From Atractiella rhizophila (taxonomy: Eukaryota): DNA of 64,000 nucleotides. The position numbers and the translations under genes are program-made. Positions 12,368 through 24,910 of this stretch are shown here, piece after piece; the stretch's first letter is position 1, and every line of letters begins with the position of its first letter. The notes beneath the pieces are model-generated. The model worked only from the letters and a program-made list of their open reading frames with translations. It ran no database searches and was not told the origin of the DNA. Location: positions 6,955 to 70,954 of the forward strand of contig MU271330.1 in the NCBI GenBank assembly GCA_021432655.1, in the 5' to 3' direction.

Positions 12368-12847
12368 CGTTTGGTAGAGTCGTAAAAAAAGTACGCGATG
12401 TACGTGTTGTTGTTGCGCTGATGATGTAATACAGAATAGAGTTAGGCAATATCTAATAGAGTTAGCGTGATAGCTATTTGAAATGCAATAGTGCTGAAAC
12501 AACGGGACCATATTTATCTCTCCTGCCCAATCTCCTCCAAGTACCCAGGGTTCTCCTGATTCTCCTCTCCTCGTGCCACCGACTTGACAAGTGCGAGGGC
12601 AGTGCAGCTTCCTGTTGTATAACTGTTTTCCACTTTTCTCGTCTTCTCTTCAAGTTCCAGTTGCATCCACATATTCCACCGTGACATATCCCCTACCCTT
12701 GTCGTACATATGTATGAATAGTCGGAATTCACGCCACAGCAGGGCTGCAGCAAGAGTGTTGGACAACGACATCAGGGCTACGAAAACCGGTTATTGACTA
12801 TTGTCTCCATTTATATATCTCCTTTTCACCCAGAGCACCCACCCATC

Positions 12848-15007
12848 ATGCTACAGGCATTGAACAATAGCTCCTCTCACGCTTCCAAGCTTACCAAGAC
12901 GACGAAGGACGATCCGAGTCCTCCTATTACAGCGTCATGTGCTTCCGAAAATGACGCGCGACTCCAGGAGCTCCCATTACGAGACTCTGCCTTCCAGCTC
13001 CCAAAGTCGCCTTCTAGTTCCACCAACATTCCTCCGGCTCACCAGAGTCACAACAACCATCACCGTCACCATCGCCATCACCTTCATCGAAAGAAACTGC
13101 ACAAGCGCGCTGCATCCGCCCTACCCATCCCTCAGTTACAACCGACACCAGCAGCTCATCCCTATCTCAACTCTCACCTTGACGGTGACCCTCAGCGACC
13201 GCGCGCTCCATCTATTTCGACACCTTCAATGATCATGGTTGGTGATTCAAATTCGCAGTCGAGGATGGAGGCGGACCTAGCGCGTCTAATCAGTCGTTGG
13301 CGTTGTCGCAAGGAGGAGGGAGTGGGAGTGGAAGAGGTATGAGTGGGAAAGAATGCAGGAGGACGATAGTGAGGAAGGTCCGTCTCCCATCTCTTTCTTT
13401 TAACATTCCTTCTCCGACTTGGTCACTGTAACTCTTGATCTGATCTGACTGACGGCTGGAATGCAAAGGTCGCGTCTATCTTTTCTAGTCGTCGACTTGG
13501 GAAGCGGCAGACGACGGTCGACAGTTTTCCGAAAGCGAATGAGCGTCGGAAACCAGAGGGAGACGTTCAACAACTCGAAGGGACCCTCACATTCTCCTCT
13601 AGGACCCTCCCCACTGGTTCCTTCGCCTCCACCTCGTCACACGCCACCCTCGCTACCTACACCAACAACGACGACGCAAACGACGAAGACACTACGAACG
13701 ACGACGACTCTTCGTCCATCCCTCCCGTCCCTCCCCTCCCGCCATTCTCCATCGACCCACATCTTTCTTCCATCGACATGTCGCACATCAACACCCCCCA
13801 CGTCGCATCAAAATCCTCACCCATCCTTCCGAACGCTCACAAGCTCCTCCTCTGTCCCATCCCACCTTCTTCCCTCGCAGCCTCCTGCATTTCTGCCTCC
13901 ACCTCTACAACCACCTCCACAGTACACTCCCATTCCCACACGCACACTCCGTCCACATCTACCTCCTCGTCATCTTCCGCATCAACGGTCTCCTCCGACG
14001 GGAGCTCGAGCTCGAGTCCATTTGAGCGTCTCAGCGCGGGGTTGGGGATGGGGATGGGATTGGGGATGGAGACGGAGATGGGGTTTGGGTTGGGGAGGAG
14101 ACGAGCGCTGAGCAGTTCCCAGACTACGATGACCCTTCGAGATCGAGATCGAGAGTTTGACAGGGAAGGTATTTTACCAGCCACCCCTTCGTACCTCCAC
14201 TTCCATCCTCCGAAGGTATCGGCGTACCCGACACCCTTGTCCCTCTCTCCGTCCGCTTCTAGGCCGAAAACGAAGGCATCGAAAGCTTCGGCGGCGGTTG
14301 CGGGTGGTAAAAGGGCCGGGGGTGGTCTATCGACTTCGCCTCCGATCACGAGTGTTACTCTTGGAAATGGACCTGTCATTGGAACTGGAATTGGGCTTGA
14401 GATTGGGATGGGGATTGGAGAAGGAAATGGAAGTGGGAGTGTGAAGTTGAAGAACAGCCGTCCATTCACGCCGACGAAGGATCGGACTCTGTACCAGAGG
14501 AGGAGGAGAAGGACGAACAGCTTTGATTCCGTCCTCTCTTCGCCTCCTTCCTTAACCTTCTCCCCATCTACCTTCAACCCCATGACCCTGACTCCTAACC
14601 CGAATCGAAATCGGAGTCGGAAGGGTCAGACAGAGGGAGTTCGACAAAGGGGTGCGGGCGAGGGGTGGGCTGGAGTCGGAGAAGAGACTGCCGAGTGTAC
14701 CACGAGGATTGGGTTTGAGATGGATTGCGGTGACGGGGAGGAGGGGGAGTGTTTGAGAGAACCAGAGCGAACGTGGGAGTGCGATAGCTACGGTGACCGC
14801 TGCTTGTCTATACCAACCAGAGCCCCCTACGAAATCACCCACAGCCAAAAAGAAAAAATCGATCATCGAAAACGATCTTCCCACTTACATCTCACACATT
14901 TACAAAATTCTACTTGTTTTGTCGCCTTAATCATGATACGGACCTTTACCATCCGGTCTTCCATACATCCAATCCTGTCTTGTCTTGTAGAGTCGTTTGT
15001 TTGCTGA
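12848..15007 (+). CDS. Hypothetical low-complexity Ser/Pro/His-rich protein
   Basis: ORFs 12794..13342 and 13778..15007 with intervening splice signals; poly-His, poly-Ser and GMGMG runs. Exon structure and 3' end uncertain. Confidence 0.45.
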
Positions 15008-17477
15008 GCTCTTCGTCATACAAGTTAACATCGTCTTCTTTGCGTCTTGTGGTTTCGTTTGATTCGTCCTTCTCGTCTCGTCCGTCCTTTTTTTGATATT
15101 ACTAGCTTGTGGAATCATGTCTCTTAATTAGATACCAGCATGCTGTTGTCCAATTACTTATCGAGTCTCCCAGTACAGATCTAGTCAGAATCGTTTAACC
15201 ATTCGAGTATCCATATATCCAGATCGAATTTTCGTTACGTGCGATCACGTCACAACGGACCAGGAGGGACAACGCAGAGCCTCGCTGAAGCCGCCACCCT
15301 TGAAACGGTGAAGCTGATGACAGTAGATTGTACGATTTTGTTGGGACAGCATGACATGGGCTCCACCCTTCTCAACCACATCATGGCAGGACAGCAGATG
15401 TTGCATGTTGAATGATAATATTTGAAAAAGGGGTCTTCTTTCAACGAGAAAAAGAGCCTAAGCTAAGGTAAAGTGTTTCGTCCTGAATTTTCGTCACAAA
15501 GTAGGTAACGCGTAGTTCTGACGACCCTAACAATGCAATGCATATTTGGGATTTGTAAAATAATTGAAAAATGGAGAGTTCAGAAGACTCTACTGCGAAT
15601 CTAAGCCAAACAGTCAGCTAAGGTCAGACTTGAGATACAAGGTATTATGGCTTTGAATATGGTCACAGTTGATCCCTGCAGCCAAACGTGAGCGAGAAAA
15701 TGAACTCCAAGCGAGAGGGACAGGTCTGGGATCCCGTCCAGCTGAAAAATTTTAAATAATTGCTTGGTTGAGTCAACAACAACGTATGAGGAGTGTGAGT
15801 CGCATAGATACGTATCCAGATCAAGTCACGCTGGACATGAATCGACCTCACTTTTACCTTGTCAAAAAGTCAGAGGCGGGTTTTGAATTTGGTGACTAAC
15901 ATCCAACTGCATTATGTGTATGGACGTTCGAACGTTCAGCGAAGTTGTTTACGGAGCTCGCGCGTGATTGGTTTTTATACCAGGTGAACGCGCGCATGGC
16001 CATAAAAGCCAGGACGATGCAACGATGCACGAGGGTCGGACAGAGCACGTTCTACGGGCCATCATCCATTATTGAAGCATTCCATTGCTCTAAGAGGTGT
16101 AGAGGTAATATAGTCAGATAGGAAGAGCTAGGAAGAAACGGGTGTAAAGAGGAAAGAAGTGGAATCTTTATATGTTCGTCATTCTTTCTAGCACGTGCAT
16201 GATGAGGTTGATGAGAATCAGATCATCCAGTTCTAACAATTCCCATCAGCGCCTAGCTAGCTCTTAAGGAGTGAGCGATATTATACCCCCATTCGGTCTT
16301 CAAAGCAGTGTCCTAAACCCCCACAATCGCTCATACGAGAAAATCACGAACTTTTCCAGCTTTAACGAACCTCAGAACCTTCCCGTCACCGGACCAACTT
16401 TCTGAGAACATTTAGGATCGTACCACAAGAGGTTCGTGCTCTCTTCTTGGGTTTTACTGTGTCTCGCCGCCTGTGGCCATCTTGGTACGGAAATGCTGGG
16501 TTTGTGCGAAATCTGTGAACGTGACGTACTTCAGCGGGAAGGCTGGGAACTCATGCTGTCTAGTTTGTCTCAGAGTGTGACCAGTCCCAAAGTCTTATAA
16601 AACAGCAAAAGCTCGTTGTCCCGCCACCTTTACTCTAGGTCGATATACAGTTGACTCTGGCGTCCATTCTCTTACACTCTCTCTTTGAATCGTACTTCAT
16701 TGAGGTGCTAATTTGTGTTCTTGGTCCACCTCTGTCGATCGTTGGTTATTCTCCTCCGTTTCAGGTAAGGTACGCTTTCTTGTGGACCATCCGTGGCGCG
16801 GACAGAGTGGTCCTGACGTGCCTTTGTTTCCTCGATGTTGGAGTAGGTAGCAACATATCGATCACCGCTTTCGTTGATTCGCGATCGACGGTCTCTTTGC
16901 AGATTATCCCTCCGTCGACGAACCACACAAGTGAGTCCAGTTCCATCTGCTTTGCATGGATAAACGGTCCTGGGTTGCTTTCCGTGCTCCCTGTTGGCGC
17001 GTTTCTGATTGGTGGCGCAAAATAAAGCGTCCTACTGTCGCGGACTTTTGATCCCTTGGCTTGCCGCTGGAAATTGTTTGTCCCTGTGTTTCGAGATACG
17101 TCACTTACGAACATTTCTGGCCTTTCATTTGATTTCCGAGCTGCAAACGCGCTTGAGAATCGCGGTAAACTGGTTCGATGAAAGGCTCGGCTGTCCGGTA
17201 AGGCCGAGTTCAAAGTTCCGGGGTGCGATTTGCTGTGTTGTGGAGCTCCACGACTTTGAAAGCCTTCCTGGTCACCTGGTCGCAGCGGGCAGGCTTTAAG
17301 CGATGATGTATTCCTGGCAAATTCGTCCGCTTATATACACCGTCGGTGAGAGTGGAGCGATTTCCCCCTTCGAATTCTTCATTATATCTCTCCTGTATTC
17401 CCTTCATAGAGTCCCCCTTCTGCCATTAGGCTTAATATCATTATTAGTACTTATTCCCGAGAGATTGTTGTGCTAAT

Positions 17478-19914
17478 ATGGATTACTCTTCTTTCGCAGC
17501 AAGTTCCCAGTTTCCTGATATCGTCTTCCCCACTCCAAGGCCAAAGCAAGCTCAGTTGACAGAGTCCGACTTCTCGAACTTGATCGACATCCTTACGCCT
17601 TCCTACCTTCCAGTCTCCGCATCGAACATGTCGACAACACCTCCTCACGCACAAAGCGTCAACGATTCTCAAGTCCCCCTCGTGCCATTTCCTCTTCAGG
17701 ATTCCCAGTCCTCCACACTTTCTACATCCCCACCAACAACGATTAATCCCTCCGGCCATTGGAGTCGATCTCATTCTCAACCCAGCCTGTATGATCCTCA
17801 AATGTATAACACCCCTTATCCATACCTTCAGGGAGGCGCTGTACGATTTCACACCCCCAATCATCACACTCGCCCTGGACTCGCAGCTTTCGTGGCGGAG
17901 AACAGTCTTTCTCCTTCCTCCACTGCCTCTTCGCCTGGCGCCGCTGGTGTCTTGACGCCTTTCGCTGGCCAATCTCCCTCCTATCAGAGCGATGGGTCTC
18001 CTCCCACCTCTCCTTTCTCTGCAGCCTTCCCTCATGCGAACTGTTCGACTGGAGAGCAGCCCCCTGTCCTCGGCCAATATCTCAATGTCGGTGACGCGGA
18101 TGGTCATCGACAAGTTCAAAGGTCGTTGTCTTTCGGAAACATTCTTCCTCAGATCCAGGCACAATCTATTCCTTCCTCCTTGGAGCCTCAAGCCGTGACT
18201 GGTCAATATCTCAACGCCTCGGAGGCAGACAATCAACATTCCGCCGTCCAAATACCTTTGTCGCAGGAGAACGTCCCTTCTATATATCATCAACAGTTTC
18301 TCGCTCCGTCCCCTTTGAATGCCGGGCCATCATCTTACGGCTCCACAGAGCCATGGCCTCTGCGAGCGAGTCCTGCTCCATCATCCGAAGGCTCCTACTC
18401 CTCTCAATCCTCAGAATACGGAGGTCCATCAGACGGCTCGATCTATGCCGGGGATACTACAGGCAGTGAGGATCTTAGTAGCGAAGAGCTCAGCCGGATG
18501 ATTGCGAGTATACGGGGAGCCAGCCTTCAGGAGGAGCATGCGCAGGAGACCTACGTCGATCCGAGAGTGATGTCAGCTAGTTTTGGAATAGCGGACTCCC
18601 TAGATCCGAGCTCGAAAGTCGTCCCACAGGATCCTGAATCAGGTTACCCTGATCTGATGCAAGGATATCAGTTTTTGTCCTCCTTGGCTACTCCGTCGTC
18701 GTCGGTTCCGATACAGTACCCCGTTGCGACTGCAGGTCAGAGCGTCGAATGGAATGCAGGATTTAGCGATCCGACCCCTAGAGTTACACAAGGTGCCTTT
18801 ATGCCCATGCCGTACTCCGTTTATTACCTCCCCAATGGTACTGCCGTAGCCGCGGTCAACTACACTCAAACACCTCAAACACAGCCCTCTACCTTGGACG
18901 GCATTCCCTTGGATGACATTCATACCGGCTACATCAGTCACGTCAGGGAACAGACAATGAGAACTTTGAGAGGCACGTCAGTCTTGTCGATGGATCACCA
19001 TGATGGAACCCTGAGAGGTACCCAACCTTCTGCCGAAGACAATGAGGGTAGTACGATGAGGAAAAATAAGAAGTCAAAGGCAAGAAAGTCGTTGGCAGAT
19101 GCCTTTGGCAGCGATGCGGATGCGGATGGCGAAACAGAAGAGGAAGAAGACGAAGAAGAAGCATTGTCGATAGGACTAAAGGATCAACTGAAACACATCT
19201 CTCAGTCTGAAGATGACGAAAAGCCATCGCGACAGAAGAGGTCGAGCTCAGCCGCCCGTCCTCAAGGCTCGAGAAAGATATCATACGCTCCCGAGCCCTC
19301 CGAAGTGCGAGGTCGTAAACCGCCTCGACTCACGGACGTAGAATTCGTCGGAGCGGTCGACCCAGACACAGGGGAAGTGCTCCCCACTCTTACATTCACC
19401 AATGACGGAACAGGACCTACATGCGGCGGCATGCAAGCCCTGACGGCCTGGCATGGCTTCACGCCAAAGACCGGAAAGCTGATGAAATGGTTTGGATGTG
19501 CTGGATCTCATAAAGAGTGTAGGAAGGTGTTTAGGAGGAGTGAGCATTGGAAGCGCCACGTAAGGTCTGTTCATCTCATGGAGAAACGTGAGTACTCCTT
19601 TTCTCACGCTTCTTGATCAAGACGCTAAATCGAATACTACGATAGCGTTCGAATGTTTACATCCCGGCTGTGGGAAGTTCTTTTCTCGGGGTGATAACTT
19701 CAAGTCCGCTCTTCCCTTACCGAAGAGCAATGTCACTAATTGTGAGAGCAGACAACACTTGAAGATCCATCGTTGCAGCGACAACTGCTGCGCTGCAGTC
19801 AACACCAGCAGTCGACGTACCAACCAAGAATCGGGGGCGGCTCTGAAGAGGAAGAAGAAAGCCCCCGTACGTGAGAAGGACGACGACGACTTCGTTTATT
19901 CGGAAGATCATTGA
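17478..19914 (+). CDS. C2H2 zinc-finger transcription factor (two fingers, Msn2/Seb1-like DNA-binding domain)
   Basis: 712-aa S/P/Q-rich ORF ending in CAGSHKECRKVFRRSEHWKRHVRSVH, spliced to FECLHPGCGKFFSRGDNFKQHLKIH; basic NLS-like KRKKK near the C-terminus. Confidence 0.9.
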
Positions 19915-20740
19915 AGGCGCCTCGAAGACGATTATCAATATTTAACGACTATCTAAGGCTCGATTTCCGAGTTCTCAACCCGCAACTGTCTTCACAATAT
20001 TCCACTTTCGATAAGTACGATAAACGCTCCATGGCCGATGGACATAGAAATCCTTGGACAACGAAGCTCCCCTTTCGTCTTTAATTACCTGTCTGTCAAC
20101 ATGCAAGACATCAATTCTCAACCCCAATTATCAGCAACACTTATCCACTTCCACCATCCGCATTTGTTTGGAGGATTTATTTTCTTCAGCTTGACGAACG
20201 TAAAGCCTGTTTGTATCATTCTTATCCCTTGATTTGTATCCCTAATCTCTACCTGATCAAATAGGTTTCACGTTGTGGAAGATTTGTATTATCAGTTACT
20301 CATCGTCCTATTTTGCTTTTCTCTCTAAGTTCCTTCTTTTGTCGCCTTTAAAAAGGACTTTATACTTCTAAGATTCTCCTCGTCGCACAACTATTTCAGT
20401 TGCAACTTCTTCGTTTGTTCAAAACACTTCTGATCGTTTCTTCCCACGTCTCCAACTTCACTTGATAAGTCCCATTTTCTGTCGCAGGTTTGTTGTGTTT
20501 CTTTCGGTCGTGTCCAGAACGACAGTGAATGAAGTGCAGAGTTGTTTCCTTGATTAAATGTTCGTTTCTTGTTTGGTTTCCGTCATACAATAAATTGCCA
20601 TCGTATCCAAGTTGGAATAAACAAATGATTCCTCCTATTTGTCTTATACTTCGCTCATGCAATGAATGTGAGGAAGCACAGGAATATATCTTAATTTCTT
20701 ATCGGTAATGATACAATGCTTGAATGCACCTTGACTTGAT

Positions 20741-22610
20741 TCACCACTCTCTGAACTCCCCTTCTCGCTTGCTCCTGAATCCAGGATTATACCACTCCTT
20801 CTCCCTCTTCATCCACTCCTTCGCTGCTTCCCTCACCTTCTCTTCATCGATCTCAACACCCAACCCTTTCCCCGAAGGGATCTCAACGTAGCCATCTGTC
20901 ACCTTGAACACTTCAGGGTTCTTGATATATGTCTCCAAGTCGGCGCCAACGTTATAATGAATCTTGAGACTCATTTCTTGGATTGCAAACTACAATGAGG
21001 GCAATGTTTCGTTGGTATAAGAGCAGCCTGGAAGGAGGGAACACGTACGTTCATGGAAACAGCATCAACGTGTATGGACGCTGCGAGAGAGAGAGGACCG
21101 TTGGGACAGTGAGGTGCGAAAGCCACATCGAAGGCTTCTGCAAGTGTTGCTATCCGTCGAAGTTCGCTGATTCCTGCTCTCGCCCATCAGTGTCACGTCA
21201 AGAGCAAGATGAAACTCTCTGCGTACCTCCGACATGTGAGACGTCCGGTTGGACAATATCCACTGCGCCGGCAATGAGGTACGGAAGAAAGTCTTCACGT
21301 CTGTACAGTCGCTCACCAACTAGACATTTTCTTCGTCAGCAAGAAGGAATCGATCCTTTGGAAGCGTACGGGCAATTGGGGTGGAGACGAGGGATTTGAT
21401 GAGTTTCAAATTCTCAATGTTGGAGGTTGAGGGCAGCAGTGGTTCTTCAATGAAAAGTGGAGTGTGCTCCTCCAAGATCTTCGCTAGCTGCCTGGCCATT
21501 GGTGCATGCATACGCCCATGGAAGTCTACATCCTCGTTAGCAACAGGTTGCTCCATCAAACCTGGTACGGGAGACGAACCCATGCCAGCATCGAGGCCCA
21601 AAGCACGAACGTTCTTCAGTCGCTCAGCCGATGAAGCGAGGGCAAGAGGAGAGTCAAGCCATCCCATGTCTTCCGTTGCGTTCATCTATCCCATCACCAT
21701 CAGTTTATTGGGCCATGCCACGAGGAAGCTCCAAAAGCGGGCCTTGACGGCTGTAAACCCTGCTTCCTTGCGTTCTTTTGCCATCCGCTCCACGTCTCCA
21801 GGTCGATCTCCACCTATCCAGCCCTTCACCTCGCTTCAGGTCTCTCCTTTTTTGAAAGGAACAGTTTGGGCTTACGTAAACCTTCAGGCGTTCCCTCACA
21901 CCTCCACCAAGCAGGGAATGGATAGGTACTCCCAATCTCTTGCCCTTGATATCCCAAAGCGCAATATCTATGCCGGAAAGCGCTGCAAGTAGAGCCGTTT
22001 GGGGACGGTAGAAGCTTTACATCCCCGCCGTCAGTTTAGAGGCTTACGTAAACCTTCAGGCGTTCCCTCACACCTCCACCAAGCAGGGAATGGATAGGTA
22101 CTCCCAATCTCTTGCCCTTGATATCCCAAAGCGCAATATCTAAGCCGGAAAGCGCTGCAAGTAGAGCCGTTTGTGGACGGTAAAAGCTTTGCATCCCCGC
22201 CATCAGTTCAGCATTATTATCTCTTTCTAAACAGAAAACGCTTACGCAGAACGCGTCGCGACTTGCCAAATATCCTCGATACCATCTACCGGAAAGCCTT
22301 CAAATTGACCCTTGAGAGAGGCGACAGCGCCAAGAACTGCAGAGGTTGCCCTGTTCCCCACTATCTCATTACTAATTGATGTGTTGAGGAGGGATGTCAA
22401 CAAACCCTTCCAACGTTCCCTCTCCCCAACCAACTATTCCCTCGCTATCTTCTACTCTGTGACACACAACATCAGTAAATCCGACACGCTAGGGCTTGAC
22501 TCGTGAGCAGAGAAAGTAGCTAACCGGACAAAAACCCATCTAGGCGCAACTGGAAAGGCATCGATGGAGTTGATGGTTGGTCCTTTGATTTTCAGAGGCG
22601 TGAGAGACAT
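20741..22610 (-). CDS. dgoD: D-galactonate dehydratase (mandelate racemase/enolase superfamily)
   Basis: [102 protein letters not shown] and EMSLKIHYN. One exon is present twice in tandem. Confidence 0.93.
21869..22208. repeat. Tandem duplication (period 172 bp) of one complete dgoD exon with its splice sites
   Basis: 21869-22036 and 22041-22208 are near-identical, with a few substitutions; each holds a 139-nt exon (21876-22014 and 22048-22186). Confidence 0.95.
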
Positions 22611-23013
22611 ATCGATTCAAGTACCGGAGGTAAAACCAAGAAGCTGAATCTGGGAGAGAGATGGAGGTGGGAAAAGGTGCAGAAGAATTGGCATTTATAA
22701 GGCGAAAGATGGAGGAGTGCGGGTTCAGGGCCGCATCTCGGAACAAATTCGTGGGGGACGAAGGCACAAATTTGCAAGCATGGTGCCTGCCTGGGGATGT
22801 AGAAATGGAGCGAGCAAGAGGACACGTAGCTGGCAGTATTGAGACAATAGGAATGGATAATTAATGTGTTGAAAGAGCACAGTAGTTGGACAACACAGAA
22901 TACCAATCCGAATCTCTTGACCAACAACAATAAATGCCCTCACTCTTAAACCACCCATAGTCTTCTCTTCTACACTATCATTCCCTGTACTAAGCAAGAA
23001 CGCAGAAAGACAC

Positions 23014-23599
23014 CTAATCATCGTCCTCCTCTTCATCGTCGTCCTTTCCCTTCGCGTTCGCGTCTTCCTCATCGTCTTCCTCCTCCTCTTCTTCGCCTCC
23101 CTCCTTTCAGGTATTCAGTGCGACACTTGAACGACTAAATAAAGAGACATACATTATCATCTTCCTCGTCATCATCTTCAACCGCCGACTCTGGGTCTTT
23201 AGAAAAGTCAATGACCTTTCCACCTTTGAATTTCCAATATCCCATAAACTTGAGCTCTTCAGGACAGAAAGAACTTACGCGTTCTTCTACCTCCTCTAAG
23301 ACTAAAGTGTTAAAGCGTGCACAAGGGAGCAGAAGAACATAACGCACTCTATGATATTTGCTGTGTCAATTTCCGCCAGGTCGTCTTCCACCTCTACCGC
23401 TCTCATTACTACTTTTCCATACCTAGCAAGAGAAAGCAAACCGGATTCTTCGTCTTCTTCATCCACGTCATTTTTGGCCCTGCAACCGCCAAACGCGTCA
23501 ATTCATTTTGGCAAGTTGTGGTTCAATGTAAACGTACTTTTTGGGTTCAGTATCTTCAAGATCCTCCTCAGCCTTGCGTTTTGTGCTTGGTTCAGACAT
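23014..23599 (-). CDS. CHZ1: Histone H2A.Z chaperone (CHZ domain)
   Basis: Manual splicing of short exons gives MSEPSTKRKAEED...EDDLAEIDTANIIEGGRRTRGKVIDFSKD...EEEDDD*, the CHZ motif within an acidic protein. Confidence 0.85.
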
Positions 23600-23828
23600 A
23601 ATTGAGGTTTGCGGTATAAGACGAATCTGAAGAAGAACCCAAGAAGCCGAGTGAGTGAAGGACAGAAGTCTAACAGTCGACGTTAACTCTGAGTCTGGAA
23701 CGTTGAGAGTTGATGCGAGCTGATGAGGCTAACAAACAGATCACGTGCTGGTTACTCCATATGGAACTGCTGAGGAGTTGAAGTAACGCTGCATTTTTGG
23801 TACCTCTGCGGTGTTGTCTCTTGTCAAG

Positions 23829-24910
23829 ATGTTGGGAATGCTCCGCTCGCTCGTAGCGCCGTCTGGGCCAAAAATCACAGCACAAGACCGCGCCATACTT
23901 TCGTTCGTCTTCAGGCCCTAATTCTTCATCTTCATATCGCTTCATTCATTCCACACGACATAGGCTTAAAGTGCAGCGGGACAAGCTCAAGCAATACCAG
24001 AAGCAAGTTCGTTTGCTGGCCTTTCTGCTCAGCTCAACTTTTGATTCTATGCTGCATTGTGACAGATAGAGGCGGTTTTGAATCGGGAACAAGAGATTGC
24101 AAAGATCGCCCTCAAGGAGGGGAAGAAGGATAAGGCTCTCACCGCATTACGACGGAGGAAGTATCAGGAGTCACTTTTGTCGAAAACAGATACCCAGCTG
24201 GAGACGCTTCAAAACCTTGTTCGTCCCCCATTTATTTCATCTATCCTTCTTGAATACTGCGCTGATCGGTCTTGCCACGGTGCAGGTGTCGAGTATCGAG
24301 TTTGCGCTCATCGAGAAGGACGTCATGTTTGGTTTGCAGCAGGGGAACGACGTGTTGAAGGAGTTGAATAAAGAGCTGTCCATTGAGAAGGTCGAGAAAT
24401 TGATGGACGATACTGCCGAGGCGATTGCGTATCAGCGGGTGAGTGACACTTCCGTCGACCGTCTCGATCTCTGCTATGATGCTGATTTGCGAGTAAACAG
24501 GAAGTGGATGAACTCCTGTCAAGTAAAATTACCGCTGATGAGGAGGATGAGATCCAGCGGGAGCTTGCCGCTTTGGAGGCTGAGGAGGTGCGCAGCGTCA
24601 TCCTCTCTTTTGTCCGAACAGACAGGTGGGACTGACGATGTTTGTTGGTGGTAGATAAAAAGCCGCCTTCCAAATTTGCCTCAAGACCTACCCACTCCGC
24701 CAACACCAGTCCGACAGGAACCAATCGAGCAAGTGCACGAAGGCAGGTTCTTTCCCTTCTTTCACAAGAAAATATTCTTAGCAAGGACTTGTGTAGATGC
24801 CGCCGAACCAGAACCAGCACCAGGTAGATCATTTTCTCATTTCCTGTTGGAATTAAAGTTGACAAATGACGGTAGAACGGCAAAGGGAGAGAACGGCCAT
24901 GCTCGCTTGA
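23829..24910 (+). CDS. VPS20: ESCRT-III subunit Vps20/CHMP6
   Basis: KITAQDRAIL-LKVQRDKLKQYQKQIEAVLNREQEIAK..GKKDKALTALRRRKYQESLLSKTD, SSIEFALIEKDVMFGLQQGNDVLK and a C-terminal LPTPP (MIM2-like). Confidence 0.92.

Noticed and set aside
13837..14583. Long antisense ORFs over low-complexity genes (also 17451..18293, 29342..29965, 34593..35246)
   Set aside because: Shadow ORFs caused by codon and composition bias of the real gene on the opposite strand.
20741..22610. Recent horizontal transfer of bacterial dgoD
   Set aside because: The gene has many spliceosomal introns, and DgoD-like dehydratases are known in fungi.
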